Assembly (NCBI GenBank): GCA_038231275.1
Contig: JBBRLQ010000002.1
Coordinates: forward strand, 288,001-352,000
DNA: 64,000 nucleotides
From: Polyangiales bacterium
GTDB lineage: Bacteria; Myxococcota_A; Polyangia; Polyangiales; Polyangiaceae
Direction: 5' to 3'
The notes under the pieces are model-generated. The model saw only the letters and a list, made by a program, of their open reading frames with translations. It searched no databases and was not told where the DNA came from. Shown here one piece after another: positions 40,957 to 51,060 of this stretch (the stretch's first letter is position 1; each line of letters opens with the position of its first letter). The translations under genes and the position numbers were made by a program.

Positions 40957-43128
40957 ATGAGGACGACGCTCCTTCGTCCATCCTTTCCATCCGGGGGTTT
41001 GGTGTACGCTCGCTTTCGAATGCCCTCTCCCCGACCCTTCTTGGCGCGGGCCTTCACGGTAGCCTCGCTGGCCGCCTTCGTGGCGCTCGCGACAGGGGGC
41101 CTGGGGTGCGGCGGCGCGACGCAGAACGTCCGTGCGTTCCGCGCCTACGCGAACGAGGACCCAAGCATCAAGGTGTCGATCGACCGCGTCGAGGACATCG
41201 CGGTCACGCTGCAGCTGGTCGACAGGATCCTCATCGGCACCAGCTACACGCCGAACGATCTGTGGGTGAAGCGACTGCCGCTCAGCAACTCCGACGCGAA
41301 GCGCATCAAAGAGGAGCTGCACGAGAAGTACCCGTACAACGGCTCCGGCGAGCACGAGGTCCCGATCCTGAAGGTGTACCGGGATCACATCCAGGACACG
41401 TTCCGCGACTACGGACCGCAGCCCGAGAAGGCGAAGTACCCCTCGCTCCTCGACGCCGTCGCCGGCCTGAACCCGCGCACCGGGCAGATTAAGGCGCACT
41501 GGATCGCCTACCGCGACGCGACGCAGAAGCTCGCCGACGCGCACGAGGCCGAGCAGCGCTTGTCGAGCGAGCTCCTCGGCGCGAACGAGCAGGTCCAGAG
41601 GCAGCGCCAGCCCGAGCTCGATCGCGCGCGCGGAAACGTCGCCGCGCAGGCCGCCGCCGTCAACGCCGCGAAGGAGCACGTGCGCCTCGACACCGAGTTG
41701 CTCGCGAGCGATCAAGAGCTCACCAAGGGGGACAAGCAGCAGATCGCCCGCGACGGGTTCGCGGCGCTGTCGGTCTGCTTCCGCGTCGAGCTCGAGGCGC
41801 TGGCGCTGATGCCGATCATCGCCATCCAGACGATCCGCGCGCTCCCCACCGCGCCGAGGGATCTGACGAACAAGCCGAACCTGAAGATCGGCCGGCAGGT
41901 CTACCAGCTGCCGCAGTACATCGCGGGCATCAAAGAGTCGATGAACCGCCAGGCCGAGGTGCTGGAGACGATGACGAACGCGCTCGGAAAGGCGCTAAAA
42001 ACGTCGGTCGACGACAGCCCCGGCTTCGAGCTCACCGAGAGCGTCGTCGATCAGATCGTCGGCATCACGCTCGACTCGTTCCGCATCGATCTGCACGCGG
42101 GGGCCGACGCGTTCATCTACAGCTCGATCGGCACCACCGATCGCTCCGGCGACGACAAGGTCTCCTACGACTACCGCGGCCGGCAGTTCAAGCTCGACTA
42201 CCGCATCGACCCCATCATCCTCGCGTCGGCGCGGCTCGACGTCGTCTTGGACTGGATCCGAATGCCGGGCGTCGCGAACCTCGGGTTCGGGTACGCCACC
42301 GATCGCGTCTGGTCATCGGGCGGAAAGGTCGAGTCGAGCTCGCTCACCGACGCGCTCGGGATCAAGGGCGTCGCGAGCGACGTCATCGACGCCGGCATCG
42401 GCCTGCTCGGCATCCGCTCGAGCGTGAAGCTGGCGACGTTCACGAGCGGCACGCTGCGCCAAGTGCAGGCGACCAATGTCGGCAACGTCGTCGCGACGGC
42501 ACCGCTCCAGCTCAAGTACTCGCAGATCGACGTCGGGTACGACATCCTCTGGGCGCTGAACGACGACAACCTGCGCTCCTTCATGGAGGAGCTCGTCGTG
42601 GGCGGCCGATACATCGACTACAAGCTGCCGCGCATCGTCTACGAGCTGAAGGACACGTCGGCGGTCGCCGGCGAGCAACACTTCACGTTCAACCGCGAGA
42701 GCCCGCCGCAGGTCGTCGACTCGAAGTACTACATGGCGAGCGTGCGCGCGCGGTTCGGCGTGGGCGAGGCGCCGCGGTTGTCGCCGTTCCTCGACGTCGG
42801 CCTCGCGGGCGGCGGCGGGCCCGTCGCGTTCTATTTCTTGCAGCCCGGGATCGCGCCGACCTCGCCCGATGCGGCGCTCGATCAGAACCACGACCACGTC
42901 CGCGAGCTCTCGTGGGTCTTCAACGGCTCGCTGGCGGGCGGCGTCCGCTGGCGCATCCTCCCGCGCGGCTGGCGCTTGCGCCTCGACTTGCGCGCGTCGT
43001 ACCGGGCGGACGTGATCGTGACGGGCGTCCATCGCGAGGCGGCACCCAACGGCGCGGCGCTGCGTACGGACTTTGGATCGTTCGACGTGTTCCATACGCC
43101 GTCGATCGCGTTCCGCGGCGCCTTCTGA
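40957..43128 (+). CDS. Large hypothetical exported protein: helical N-half and probable beta-barrel C-half
   Basis: LGC lipobox-like site; coiled-coil segment; alternating strands; C-terminal Phe (IAFRGAF); start may be 41020. Confidence 0.75.
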   Translation: MRTTLLRPSFPSGGLVYARFRMPSPRPFLARAFTVASLAAFVALATGGLGCGGATQNVRAFRAYANEDPSIKVSIDRVEDIAVTLQLVDRILIGTSYTPNDLWVKRLPLSNSDAKRIKEELHEKYPYNGSGEHEVPILKVYRDHIQDTFRDYGPQPEKAKYPSLLDAVAGLNPRTGQIKAHWIAYRDATQKLADAHEAEQRLSSELLGANEQVQRQRQPELDRARGNVAAQAAAVNAAKEHVRLDTELLASDQELTKGDKQQIARDGFAALSVCFRVELEALALMPIIAIQTIRALPTAPRDLTNKPNLKIGRQVYQLPQYIAGIKESMNRQAEVLETMTNALGKALKTSVDDSPGFELTESVVDQIVGITLDSFRIDLHAGADAFIYSSIGTTDRSGDDKVSYDYRGRQFKLDYRIDPIILASARLDVVLDWIRMPGVANLGFGYATDRVWSSGGKVESSSLTDALGIKGVASDVIDAGIGLLGIRSSVKLATFTSGTLRQVQATNVGNVVATAPLQLKYSQIDVGYDILWALNDDNLRSFMEELVVGGRYIDYKLPRIVYELKDTSAVAGEQHFTFNRESPPQVVDSKYYMASVRARFGVGEAPRLSPFLDVGLAGGGGPVAFYFLQPGIAPTSPDAALDQNHDHVRELSWVFNGSLAGGVRWRILPRGWRLRLDLRASYRADVIVTGVHREAAPNGAALRTDFGSFDVFHTPSIAFRGAF

Positions 43129-43208
43129 ATTTCGCCGTAAAATCGGCGGGGCAGGCGGGATGGCGAGGCAGGTGGGACGGGCCACCACCGTATACACGCG
43201 GGCAAACC

Positions 43209-44552
43209 ATGCTCCAGAGCCGCGTCACCAACGAGATTCAGCGGAGCCACACCCACGCAAAGTGCCGACTTCGCGTCCTCTTCGGGCGGCAGGTAGGCCT
43301 CGAGATTCCCCTCCCGGCCGTCGGCGTCGTCATCGGGGCCGACGCGTCCTGCGACGTCGTGCTCGCCGACGAAGCGGTCAGCGCCCGTCACCTGACGGTC
43401 GTTCCGACGCGCGCGGGCTTCGACGTCACCGACACCGGCTCGCGCAACGGCACCTGGCTCGACGGCGTCTCGATCGCACGCGCGACGGTTCCGGTCGGGA
43501 CCACCGTTCGCGTCGGCGGCACATTGCTCCAGCTCCTCCCCGCGGAGGAGCCCATCGACATCGCGCCCAGCGCCTCGTCGCGCTTCGGAGCGATGGTCGG
43601 CAGCAGCCTCGCGATGCGACGTATCTACGCGCTGCTCGAGCGCGCGAGCGCGTCGGACGCGCCGATCTTGTTCCTCGGCGAGAGCGGCACCGGCAAAGAG
43701 CTCGCGGCGCGCGGTGTGCACGATCACGGGCGCCGCAAGAACGACCCGTTCGTCGTCTTCGACTGCGGCGCCGCGAGCGAGACGCTCATCGAGAGCGATC
43801 TGTTCGGTCACGTGCGCGGCTCGTTCACCGGCGCGCACGCCGATCGCCCGGGGGCATTCGCGCTCGCCGACAAGGGGACGCTGTTCCTCGACGAGATCGG
43901 CGACCTGCCGCTGTCGCTCCAGCCGAAGCTCCTCCGCCTGCTCGAGAGCGGCGAGGTGACCCCGCTCGGCGCAAGGCGCGCGGAGAAGTACGACGTACGC
44001 ATCGTCGCGGCGACGCACCGCGATCTCTGGGGCGAGGTCGGGCGTGGCACCTTCCGCGGCGATTTGTACTACCGCCTCGCGGTCGTCGAAGCCCACTTGC
44101 CGCCGCTGCGCGGTCGCCCGGACGACATCGCCGATCTCGCGAAGGTCTTCCTGGAGAAGAACCGCTTCGCCGGACCGATCTCGCGCGGACGGAACCTCGA
44201 GCGGCTCATGGCGTACGGGTGGCCTGGGAATGTCCGCGAGCTGCGCAACGTGGTGACGCGCGGCGTGGCGCTGGCGGCCCCCGGAGCGACGTTCGAGCAG
44301 CTGCCGTTCCTGCTCCGCGCGACGTCGAACGATCTCGCGCCCGCGCCGCTGGGGCGCGCAGACATTCCGTACCACGACGCCAAGTCCGCGCTCATCTCGC
44401 GCTTCGACAAGGAGTACCTCGCGGATCTCCTGCGGCGCGCCGAGTCGAACCTGTCGCAGGCCGCGCGCCTCGCCGGGCTCGAGCGCAAGTACCTCTACAA
44501 GGTGCTCGAGCGCGCAGACATGCTCCCGTCGCGTCTCCGCGCCGAGGCGTGA
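43209..44552 (+). CDS. FHA-domain sigma54-dependent enhancer-binding protein
   Basis: FHA (VSARH...GSRNGT); GESGTGKE, ESDLFGHVRGSFTGA, LFLDEIG, WPGNVRELRN; Fis HTH. Confidence 0.95.
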   Translation: MLQSRVTNEIQRSHTHAKCRLRVLFGRQVGLEIPLPAVGVVIGADASCDVVLADEAVSARHLTVVPTRAGFDVTDTGSRNGTWLDGVSIARATVPVGTTVRVGGTLLQLLPAEEPIDIAPSASSRFGAMVGSSLAMRRIYALLERASASDAPILFLGESGTGKELAARGVHDHGRRKNDPFVVFDCGAASETLIESDLFGHVRGSFTGAHADRPGAFALADKGTLFLDEIGDLPLSLQPKLLRLLESGEVTPLGARRAEKYDVRIVAATHRDLWGEVGRGTFRGDLYYRLAVVEAHLPPLRGRPDDIADLAKVFLEKNRFAGPISRGRNLERLMAYGWPGNVRELRNVVTRGVALAAPGATFEQLPFLLRATSNDLAPAPLGRADIPYHDAKSALISRFDKEYLADLLRRAESNLSQAARLAGLERKYLYKVLERADMLPSRLRAEA

Positions 44553-44571
44553 GCCGGCGCGCGCGTGCTCG

Positions 44572-45765
44572 TCACTCGCGCACCTTCTCCTGACGCTTGA
44601 ACCGCGCGAGGTGGTCCTCGTAGGCCGGCCGCATCTCGGCGTCGTTCGGCCCCAAGCCAAGGACGAGCTTCTCCTGCGTGGCCACCGCCTCGTCCCACCG
44701 CCCCGCCTCGGCGAAGGCGGCCGCGAGCGTGTCCACGTACTCCGGCTTCCTGTCCTCGGCGACCGCCCTCTCCGCCCATTCGACCGCTCCCGCGCCGTCG
44801 CGCAGCGCGTCCTCGCGCGCGGTCGCCAGCGTCCACGCGAGGCCGTTCATCGCGTCCGCGTCGCCAAATGCCGCCGCTCTTCGGAGGAGCTCGAGCCCCT
44901 TTCCGCGCGTCTCCGGGTAGTGCGCGAGCAAATTTCCGTACTGTCCCTCGGCGTGCGCGTCGCCCTTCTCGACCCCCTCGCGCATCTCGTCGATCGACAA
45001 GAGCGCGCTGCGTACGCGCCAGCGCTCCGACCATGGCATCCATACGCACGACACGATCGCGCCGACGAGCGCGAGCGCGCCGAACGCCGCTCCCAATGCC
45101 CGCCCGGCGGCTCCGAACCAGCGCGCCGCCGGCGCTTCGACGACGAGGCCCACCGCGAGCCCGAACACGAGACCGGCCACGTGCGCGGCGTTCCCGACGT
45201 TCCACTTTTTCGCGACCGTGAGCACGATGCAGAGGAGGAGCCACCCGAGCATCCACGCGATCGTGCTGCCGCCGCGAACGAACGCGGCGTACCGCGGATT
45301 TCCACGGCTCCGCGCCCAGGCGTAGCCGAAGAGCGCATACACGACGCCCGAAAATCCAATGCCCGTCTCCGATGAGGTGAGGAGCTGCCACCCCGAGCTC
45401 ACGAAGGCCGCTGCGACGAGGAACGCGAGGTACCGCATCGACCCCATGTCGCGCTCGATCAACACGCCGAACGATCGAGCCCACATCATGTTGAAGAGGA
45501 TGTGCCACGCCGTCTGGTGGACGATCGCCGTCGTCACGAGGCCCCACACCGCCCCATGCCAGATCGCGGGCGCGCTCGGCGACAGCTTTCGCATCAACGC
45601 GGGGCCCTGCGCCGGCGCGAAATTCAGGACGAGACAGACGATCACCGAGGCCGCGATCACGAGGAGCGTCACCGGCGGCGTGGGGGGACGCGGCGCGGGC
45701 GCGGGCTGCGGCGGCTTCCGCAGATCGTCGGGCAGGTCGACGCGCACCGGTCCCTCTGGGCTCAT
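44572..45765 (-). CDS. Rhomboid intramembrane serine protease with C-terminal Sel1/TPR domain
   Basis: HILFNM, GFSG, AHVAG; NGLAW..DTLAAA TPR motif. Confidence 0.9.
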   Translation of the reverse strand: MSPEGPVRVDLPDDLRKPPQPAPAPRPPTPPVTLLVIAASVIVCLVLNFAPAQGPALMRKLSPSAPAIWHGAVWGLVTTAIVHQTAWHILFNMMWARSFGVLIERDMGSMRYLAFLVAAAFVSSGWQLLTSSETGIGFSGVVYALFGYAWARSRGNPRYAAFVRGGSTIAWMLGWLLLCIVLTVAKKWNVGNAAHVAGLVFGLAVGLVVEAPAARWFGAAGRALGAAFGALALVGAIVSCVWMPWSERWRVRSALLSIDEMREGVEKGDAHAEGQYGNLLAHYPETRGKGLELLRRAAAFGDADAMNGLAWTLATAREDALRDGAGAVEWAERAVAEDRKPEYVDTLAAAFAEAGRWDEAVATQEKLVLGLGPNDAEMRPAYEDHLARFKRQEKVRE

Positions 45766-45778
45766 GACCCCTCGAAGG

Positions 45779-47086
45779 CTACGCTCCTACCTTCGTTCGC
45801 GCCTCGTCCATCGTCCTCTTTGCCGTGGCGCGCAGCCCGCGAAGGGCCGCGATGCGTGAGCTTGGGACGAGAAGACGGAGCGACCCGAAGAAGCGCGACG
45901 AGCGATCGGTCCACGCGAGGGCGGCAAACGGCGCGAGGACGATCGCGAGCGCGGCGAGCGCGGCGAGGCGCGCGGGCAAGTACGCGAACGCGAGCGCCAC
46001 GTAGATCGCCGCGAACAGCGGGTGAACGATGAGCCCGGCGCCGAGCTTGTACGTCGACACGACGTCCTGCGTGCCGCGCGACAGGTGCAACGCGATGCGA
46101 GGGAGCTGGTACGGCACGAAATAGAGGACCACGCCGAGGAGCGCGAGGGGCGACGTGACGAGCAAAGCCACGGCGCGCGCCACGCGATCGGGGCTCAGCG
46201 TGAAGCCGCCGTGCACGAGCTGATCGTCGGCGATTCCGGTCTGTTCGAGCGCCGCGTAGTACGCGGACACCTCACGATCGAGGCGCGCGTACAGCGCGTC
46301 GCCGGGCGAAAGTGCCTTCCTCGCTTCCTCGACGCGCCGACCGATCTCGTTCCACTTGGCGAGTGAGCGTTCTCCTCCCCCTTCTTCTTCCTCGCTGTCG
46401 GTCACGAACATCTCGGCCACGCGCGCGATGAGCAGACGCTCGTCCCACGTGGCCCCCTCGACGAGCAGCTCGGACAGATCCTGCCTCACGCGCTCGGTGA
46501 TCGCCGCCGCCAGATCATCGCCGCCTTTGGCGATCGCATCGACGTCGCGCACCGGTCCGAAGACGAGGAGCGCGCGTGACCGAAACGTCGTCCGCGCGTC
46601 GAACTCCAGGGCGACGGCCTGAAACGAGAGGCCCGCCTTTGACGGCTGCGCGCGCGCGAGCATGCGACCGGCGCCGCTGCGCAACCCAAGGAGGTGCGGC
46701 TCGTTGTGACTCGTCCCCTCGGGGAAGATGAGGATGTTCCCGCCGCCCGCGAGGTGATCTTTCACTTTGTCGAAGACCTCGTCGTTCTGCGCGGCCGTCT
46801 TTTTCGGATCGTCGCGGCGCCGCACGATCGGCACCGCGTCGACGGCCTCGAGCAGCCAACGAAGGCCAGGGATCTTCCATAGCGTGCTCTTGCCGATCGG
46901 AGAGAGATCGCACGGCGCCATCACGAGAACGAGCGTGGGGTCGACGAGGCCGTTGACGTGGTTGCCGCAGAAGATGCGGCCGTGCGTTGCGCGCGAGGGG
47001 ACGTCGCCGATGACCTCGATCCGACGAAAGTACGTCGTCATCACGCGCCGGAAGAGGAGGCGCAGCGCGGTGCGGACCACCTTCAT
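45779..47086 (-). CDS. PlsC-like glycerol acyltransferase with C-terminal TM helices
   Basis: NHVNGLVDP and IFPEGT blocks. Confidence 0.88.
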   Translation of the reverse strand: MKVVRTALRLLFRRVMTTYFRRIEVIGDVPSRATHGRIFCGNHVNGLVDPTLVLVMAPCDLSPIGKSTLWKIPGLRWLLEAVDAVPIVRRRDDPKKTAAQNDEVFDKVKDHLAGGGNILIFPEGTSHNEPHLLGLRSGAGRMLARAQPSKAGLSFQAVALEFDARTTFRSRALLVFGPVRDVDAIAKGGDDLAAAITERVRQDLSELLVEGATWDERLLIARVAEMFVTDSEEEEGGGERSLAKWNEIGRRVEEARKALSPGDALYARLDREVSAYYAALEQTGIADDQLVHGGFTLSPDRVARAVALLVTSPLALLGVVLYFVPYQLPRIALHLSRGTQDVVSTYKLGAGLIVHPLFAAIYVALAFAYLPARLAALAALAIVLAPFAALAWTDRSSRFFGSLRLLVPSSRIAALRGLRATAKRTMDEARTKVGA

Positions 47087-47105
47087 CGGCGCCCCCCGTC
47101 GCCCT

Positions 47106-47537
47106 TCAACCGAGCGGGCCGGGAAGCTCGAGACCCAGCGCGAGCTTTCCCAACGCCGCATCGAGCGCCTGACGGTCTTCGCTCGTCCCGGCGAGACCGG
47201 GGACGCCCGCCTTCGTCGCCAGGTACACGATGCACGCCGCCTCGATCGGCGTGAGCTCGATCGTCCGTTCGAGCCGCAGGCTCTCGATCCGGTAGCGGAG
47301 CACCGCGCTGCCGTCGAGACTCCGCGACAGAGTCACGTTGGACGCGTCCAGGCGCGCCGACGCCAGCTGCCGCACGGCGCCGCGGATCGTCGCCGCCCGG
47401 GCGCGCGCGCGCTTCACCGCCGGTTCTTTGTAGGATGCAAACATTCGATTCCGCGCGTAGACGTTGGGCGCGACGGCCATCGCGGCGGTGAGCGAGCCCT
47501 CGTCGAGGAGCGCGCGCGGGAAGGCGTGCGCGATCAC
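47106..47537 (-). CDS. Hypothetical protein coupled to prfA
   Basis: GTG start overlaps the prfA stop (GTGA); protein-like composition. Confidence 0.65.
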   Translation of the reverse strand: MIAHAFPRALLDEGSLTAAMAVAPNVYARNRMFASYKEPAVKRARARAATIRGAVRQLASARLDASNVTLSRSLDGSAVLRYRIESLRLERTIELTPIEAACIVYLATKAGVPGLAGTSEDRQALDAALGKLALGLELPGPLG

Positions 47538-48640
47538 TCGTCGTCCTCGCCGCCGAGCGTGGCGATCGGGCCGCCTCCGCTGGCGAATTGGAGCAGCGCA
47601 GCTTGCCGGTGGGTGCGCAGTGCCGTGATGAGCTCGCCCAGGTCCCCCTCGATGATGCGATCGAGCTTGTTCAACGTGAGCCGGATGCGGTGATCGCTCA
47701 CCCGGTTCTGCGGGTAGTTGTACGTGCGGATCTTCTGGCTGCGCTCGCCGGTCCCGACCATGCCGCGACGCTCGGCGGCCTCGGCGGCCTCCTTCTTCTC
47801 GCGCTCGATGTCGAAGAGGCGGCTCTTCAGCACCTTCATGGCCTTCGCCTTGTTCTTCAGCTGCGAGCGCTCGTCCTGGCACTTGACGATGATGCCGGTC
47901 GGCCTGTGCAGGAGCTGGACGGCGCTGTTCGTCGTGTTGACGCCCTGCCCGCCCGGTCCGCCGCTCGCGGCGATCGAGACCTCGAGGTCCTTCTCGTCGA
48001 GCTGCACGTCCACGTCCTCGGCCTCGGGCAAGACAGCGACGGTTGCAGTCGACGTGTGGATGCGCCCTTGCGTCTCGGTCGCGGGGACGCGCTGGACGCG
48101 ATGCACGCCGCCCTCGAAGCGCATCATCGCGAAGACATCCTTGCCGGTCATGAGCGCGATGCACTCTTTGATGCCGCCGCTCTGGCTCTCGCTGAGGCTC
48201 AGCACCTCGATTTTCCAGCCGAGCGTCTCGGCATAACGCGAGTACATGCGGAAGAGGTCGGCCGCGAAGAGGGACGCCTCTTCCCCGCCCTCACCCCCAC
48301 GGATCTCGAGGATGATGTTCTTCTTCTCGTTCGGATCCTGCGGCAAGAGCAGGAGCTGGATCGCCTTCTCGAGCGCCCCCTTCTCCTGGTTCAGCTCGGG
48401 AAGCTCCAGCTGCGCGAGCTCCTTGAGATCGGGATCGGCGAGGGCGTCTTCGTCGTCTTTGATCTTCTTCAGGAGCTCGCGGTAGCGCGAGAACTGGTTC
48501 ACGACCGGCTCGATCTCGCTGCGCTCCTTGTTCAGCGAGCCGAGCTTCTGGCGGTCACCGAGGACCGAGGGCTGACACAGGAGGTCGTCGAGTTCGACGT
48601 ACCTGCGTGAGAGCTGCTCGAGCTTCTCGATCGGGAGCAT
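47534..48640 (-). CDS. prfA: Peptide chain release factor 1
   Basis: VHRVQRVPAT (PxT), GGQ, ERSQLKNK, RTYNYPQNR. Confidence 0.98.
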   Translation of the reverse strand: MLPIEKLEQLSRRYVELDDLLCQPSVLGDRQKLGSLNKERSEIEPVVNQFSRYRELLKKIKDDEDALADPDLKELAQLELPELNQEKGALEKAIQLLLLPQDPNEKKNIILEIRGGEGGEEASLFAADLFRMYSRYAETLGWKIEVLSLSESQSGGIKECIALMTGKDVFAMMRFEGGVHRVQRVPATETQGRIHTSTATVAVLPEAEDVDVQLDEKDLEVSIAASGGPGGQGVNTTNSAVQLLHRPTGIIVKCQDERSQLKNKAKAMKVLKSRLFDIEREKKEAAEAAERRGMVGTGERSQKIRTYNYPQNRVSDHRIRLTLNKLDRIIEGDLGELITALRTHRQAALLQFASGGGPIATLGGEDDE

Positions 48641-48672
48641 GTTCGGTCCAGACTACCAGACGTCGCCGCGAC

Positions 48673-49794
48673 TCACGCAGCGACGCGCAGCCGATCCGCG
48701 TTGGCGATTTCGCCGTAGGTCGCGAAGGAGACGTCGTCCGACCCCTCTCCGTTCGCACCGGACTCGCGGAAGAGCGTGACGCGGAGCGACGCGAGCGCGA
48801 CCTCGAGCTGCGCGTCGTCGGGCTCGATCGTGGTGATCTTCTGGACGAGGAAGCCGGGCCACAAGAGGGCCCGCAGCGGTCCGGTTGTACAATAGCGGGC
48901 GAAGACGCGCTGGAGCTCGAACGTGAAGCCGGTGATGACGGGCAAGAACGGCAGCTTCTCGAGGAAGAAGATCACGTTGTCGAGGACGCCGTTGCCCGTC
49001 TCGATCCGCGGCAAAAACGAGCCGATCGCGGTAAAGACGAGGATCGACACGAGCGCGACCATCACGAGGAACGTGGTGCCGCAGCGCGGGTGGAGCGTCG
49101 TCTTCTTCCTCGCGTTGGCGACCACGAGCTCCTCTTCGGCCTCGTAGGTGCTGATCGTCTTGTGCTCGGCGCCGTGGTACTGAAAAACGCGCCGGATGTC
49201 CGCCACGCGGCGGATGAGGAGCAGGTAGCCGACGACGATCGAGAGCTTGAAGGCTCCCGTGACGACCTGGAACGCGGGCGACTGCACCTGGAGGCCGAGG
49301 CCCAACCCCTTGTTGAGGCCGGCCGCCGCGATCTGCGGGAGCGCGATCAGGAAGACGATCGCGACGACGAGCATGATGCCCATCGGGCCTTTCTTCTTGT
49401 CGCCCTTCTCGCCGCCGCCCGAAACGCTCTCGCCGTCGGCGGCGGTCACCAAGGTGAAGAGCGTCATGCCGAGCGCCAGAAGGATGTTCGTGACGCCGCC
49501 GGTCTTGGCCTTCGCCTCGCGCTCCTCCTCGTCGAGGTCCTTCTCCATTTGCGTGGCGGAGAAGCGGAGCGCTTCGCTGCCGAGCTTCAGCGACTCGACG
49601 AGCGACGCGATGCCGCGGAAGAAGGGCAGCTTGCCGAGGCTCGAGCGCTCCTCGATGACGGCGCGTTCGCGGACGAGCAGCGACCCGTCACGCCGCCGGA
49701 CGACGACGGCGAACGAATGGGGCGCGCGCATCATGACCCCCTCGAGGACGGCCTGGCCGCCGATGTAGGGGCGCTGCTCTACGGGTTCGGGCAT
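48673..49794 (-). CDS. DUF1385 membrane protein
   Basis: IGGQAVLEGVMM, YHGAEHK, HPRCGT; located between rpmE and prfA. Confidence 0.93.
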   Translation of the reverse strand: MPEPVEQRPYIGGQAVLEGVMMRAPHSFAVVVRRRDGSLLVRERAVIEERSSLGKLPFFRGIASLVESLKLGSEALRFSATQMEKDLDEEEREAKAKTGGVTNILLALGMTLFTLVTAADGESVSGGGEKGDKKKGPMGIMLVVAIVFLIALPQIAAAGLNKGLGLGLQVQSPAFQVVTGAFKLSIVVGYLLLIRRVADIRRVFQYHGAEHKTISTYEAEEELVVANARKKTTLHPRCGTTFLVMVALVSILVFTAIGSFLPRIETGNGVLDNVIFFLEKLPFLPVITGFTFELQRVFARYCTTGPLRALLWPGFLVQKITTIEPDDAQLEVALASLRVTLFRESGANGEGSDDVSFATYGEIANADRLRVAA

Positions 49795-49872
49795 TTGCAG
49801 TGAGTATAGCCACGGTCGGGGGCCCGCGCGTAGCCGCGCTGCCCCCGAAATGCCTCGGTGCGGATTCGGAGA

Positions 49873-50157
49873 TTATTCCGAGGGCTGCTCGGCTGCCGGC
49901 TCTGCCGCAGCGGGATCCGCTGCTGCCGGGGTCGCCGCCGCGGGGGCAGCTGCGCCGCCCTTCTTCTCGTAGCGCTTGCGGAAGCGATCGATACGGCCCG
50001 CCGCATCGAGGAGCTTCTGGGTGCCGGTGTAGAAGGGGTGGCACGCCGAGCAAACGTCGACCTGAAAGTCCCCGCGCGTCGAGTGAGTGATGAACGAGCT
50101 GCCGCAGGCGCAAGCGATGGTGGCGGCCGGATAATCCGGATGAATGCCTTCTCTCAT
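49873..50157 (-). CDS. rpmE: 50S ribosomal protein L31 (zinc-binding type) with Ala/Pro-rich tail
   Basis: GIHPDY, CACG, CSACHPFYTG, GRIDRF. Confidence 0.97.
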   Translation of the reverse strand: MREGIHPDYPAATIACACGSSFITHSTRGDFQVDVCSACHPFYTGTQKLLDAAGRIDRFRKRYEKKGGAAAPAAATPAAADPAAAEPAAEQPSE

Positions 50158-50214
50158 AACCAAATGCTCCTGACACCTTCCGTAGATAGGAAGGGAGGGG
50201 ATTCATAGTCACTG

Positions 50215-50242
50215 AGGAGCGTGCTTGCAAGAGCACGCTCCT
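50215..50242. terminator. Perfect 11-bp hairpin between ssb and rpmE (terminator or leader element)
   Basis: AGGAGCGTGCT-TGCAAG-AGCACGCTCCT; no clear poly-U tail. Confidence 0.45.
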
Positions 50243-50364
50243 GGAAGAGAGAATTTACTTGGTTTTTTGGGCCTTGCAGGCCCCTCCACGCCCCAGGAGG
50301 GCGCGGAGCCCTCCCCGGATCGCCAGCGGCGACGCCCCGCTAACGCGCGACGGAACAGGCGAGA

Positions 50365-50895
50365 TCAGAACGGGATTTCATCGTCGCCGCCAAATCCGCC
50401 GCCGCCGGCGTAGTCGTCGTCGTGGCTGGCGGGGGGACCAGAAGCAGGAGCAGAGGCGGGCTGAGCTTGGGGGGCCCGGGCCGCGGCGGGGCGTTCGCGG
50501 GAGGCGGAGCCGTAGTTGGAACCGCCGCCGCCGCCACCCTCCTCACGCTCGGCGCCGCCGCTGCGACGGCTGCCGGCGAGGATGATGTTGTTGGCGACGA
50601 CTTCGGTGCGGTACCGCTTCTCGCCGTCCTTCTCGTAGCTGCTCGTGCGGATCGAGCCCTCGACGAAGATGCTCGAGCCCTTGCCGAGGATCTTCGACAG
50701 CGCCTCGCCGCGCTTGCCCCAGACGGTGATCTGGTGCCACTCGGTGCGCTCCTGGCGCGTGTTGCTCTTGTCGAGGTAGCTCTCGGTCGTGGCGAGGCGG
50801 AGCTTCAGCACCGACTGCCCGCCGGGCGTGACGCGCAGCTCCGGATCCGCGCCGAGGTTTCCGAGGAGCAGCACCTTGTTCAAGCCTTCCGCCAT
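50365..50895 (-). CDS. ssb: Single-stranded DNA-binding protein
   Basis: NKVLLLGNLGADPE, TEWH, C-terminal DDEIPF. Confidence 0.97.
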   Translation of the reverse strand: MAEGLNKVLLLGNLGADPELRVTPGGQSVLKLRLATTESYLDKSNTRQERTEWHQITVWGKRGEALSKILGKGSSIFVEGSIRTSSYEKDGEKRYRTEVVANNIILAGSRRSGGAEREEGGGGGGSNYGSASRERPAAARAPQAQPASAPASGPPASHDDDYAGGGGFGGDDEIPF

Positions 50896-51060
50896 GAGTC
50901 GACCTCCGGAAAGGCCCAACCGGCTTTTGCCGGTCAGGCCTGAGGCGCGAACCATCTCCTTTGCGGGGCCTCCCGTCAACGGTGCGCGGGCGCGCGAAAC
51001 GCTGTTTTGGAACACCAGAAGCTTTCCGCTCGTTCTCCTTTGGATTAAAGGTCGTCTCCC

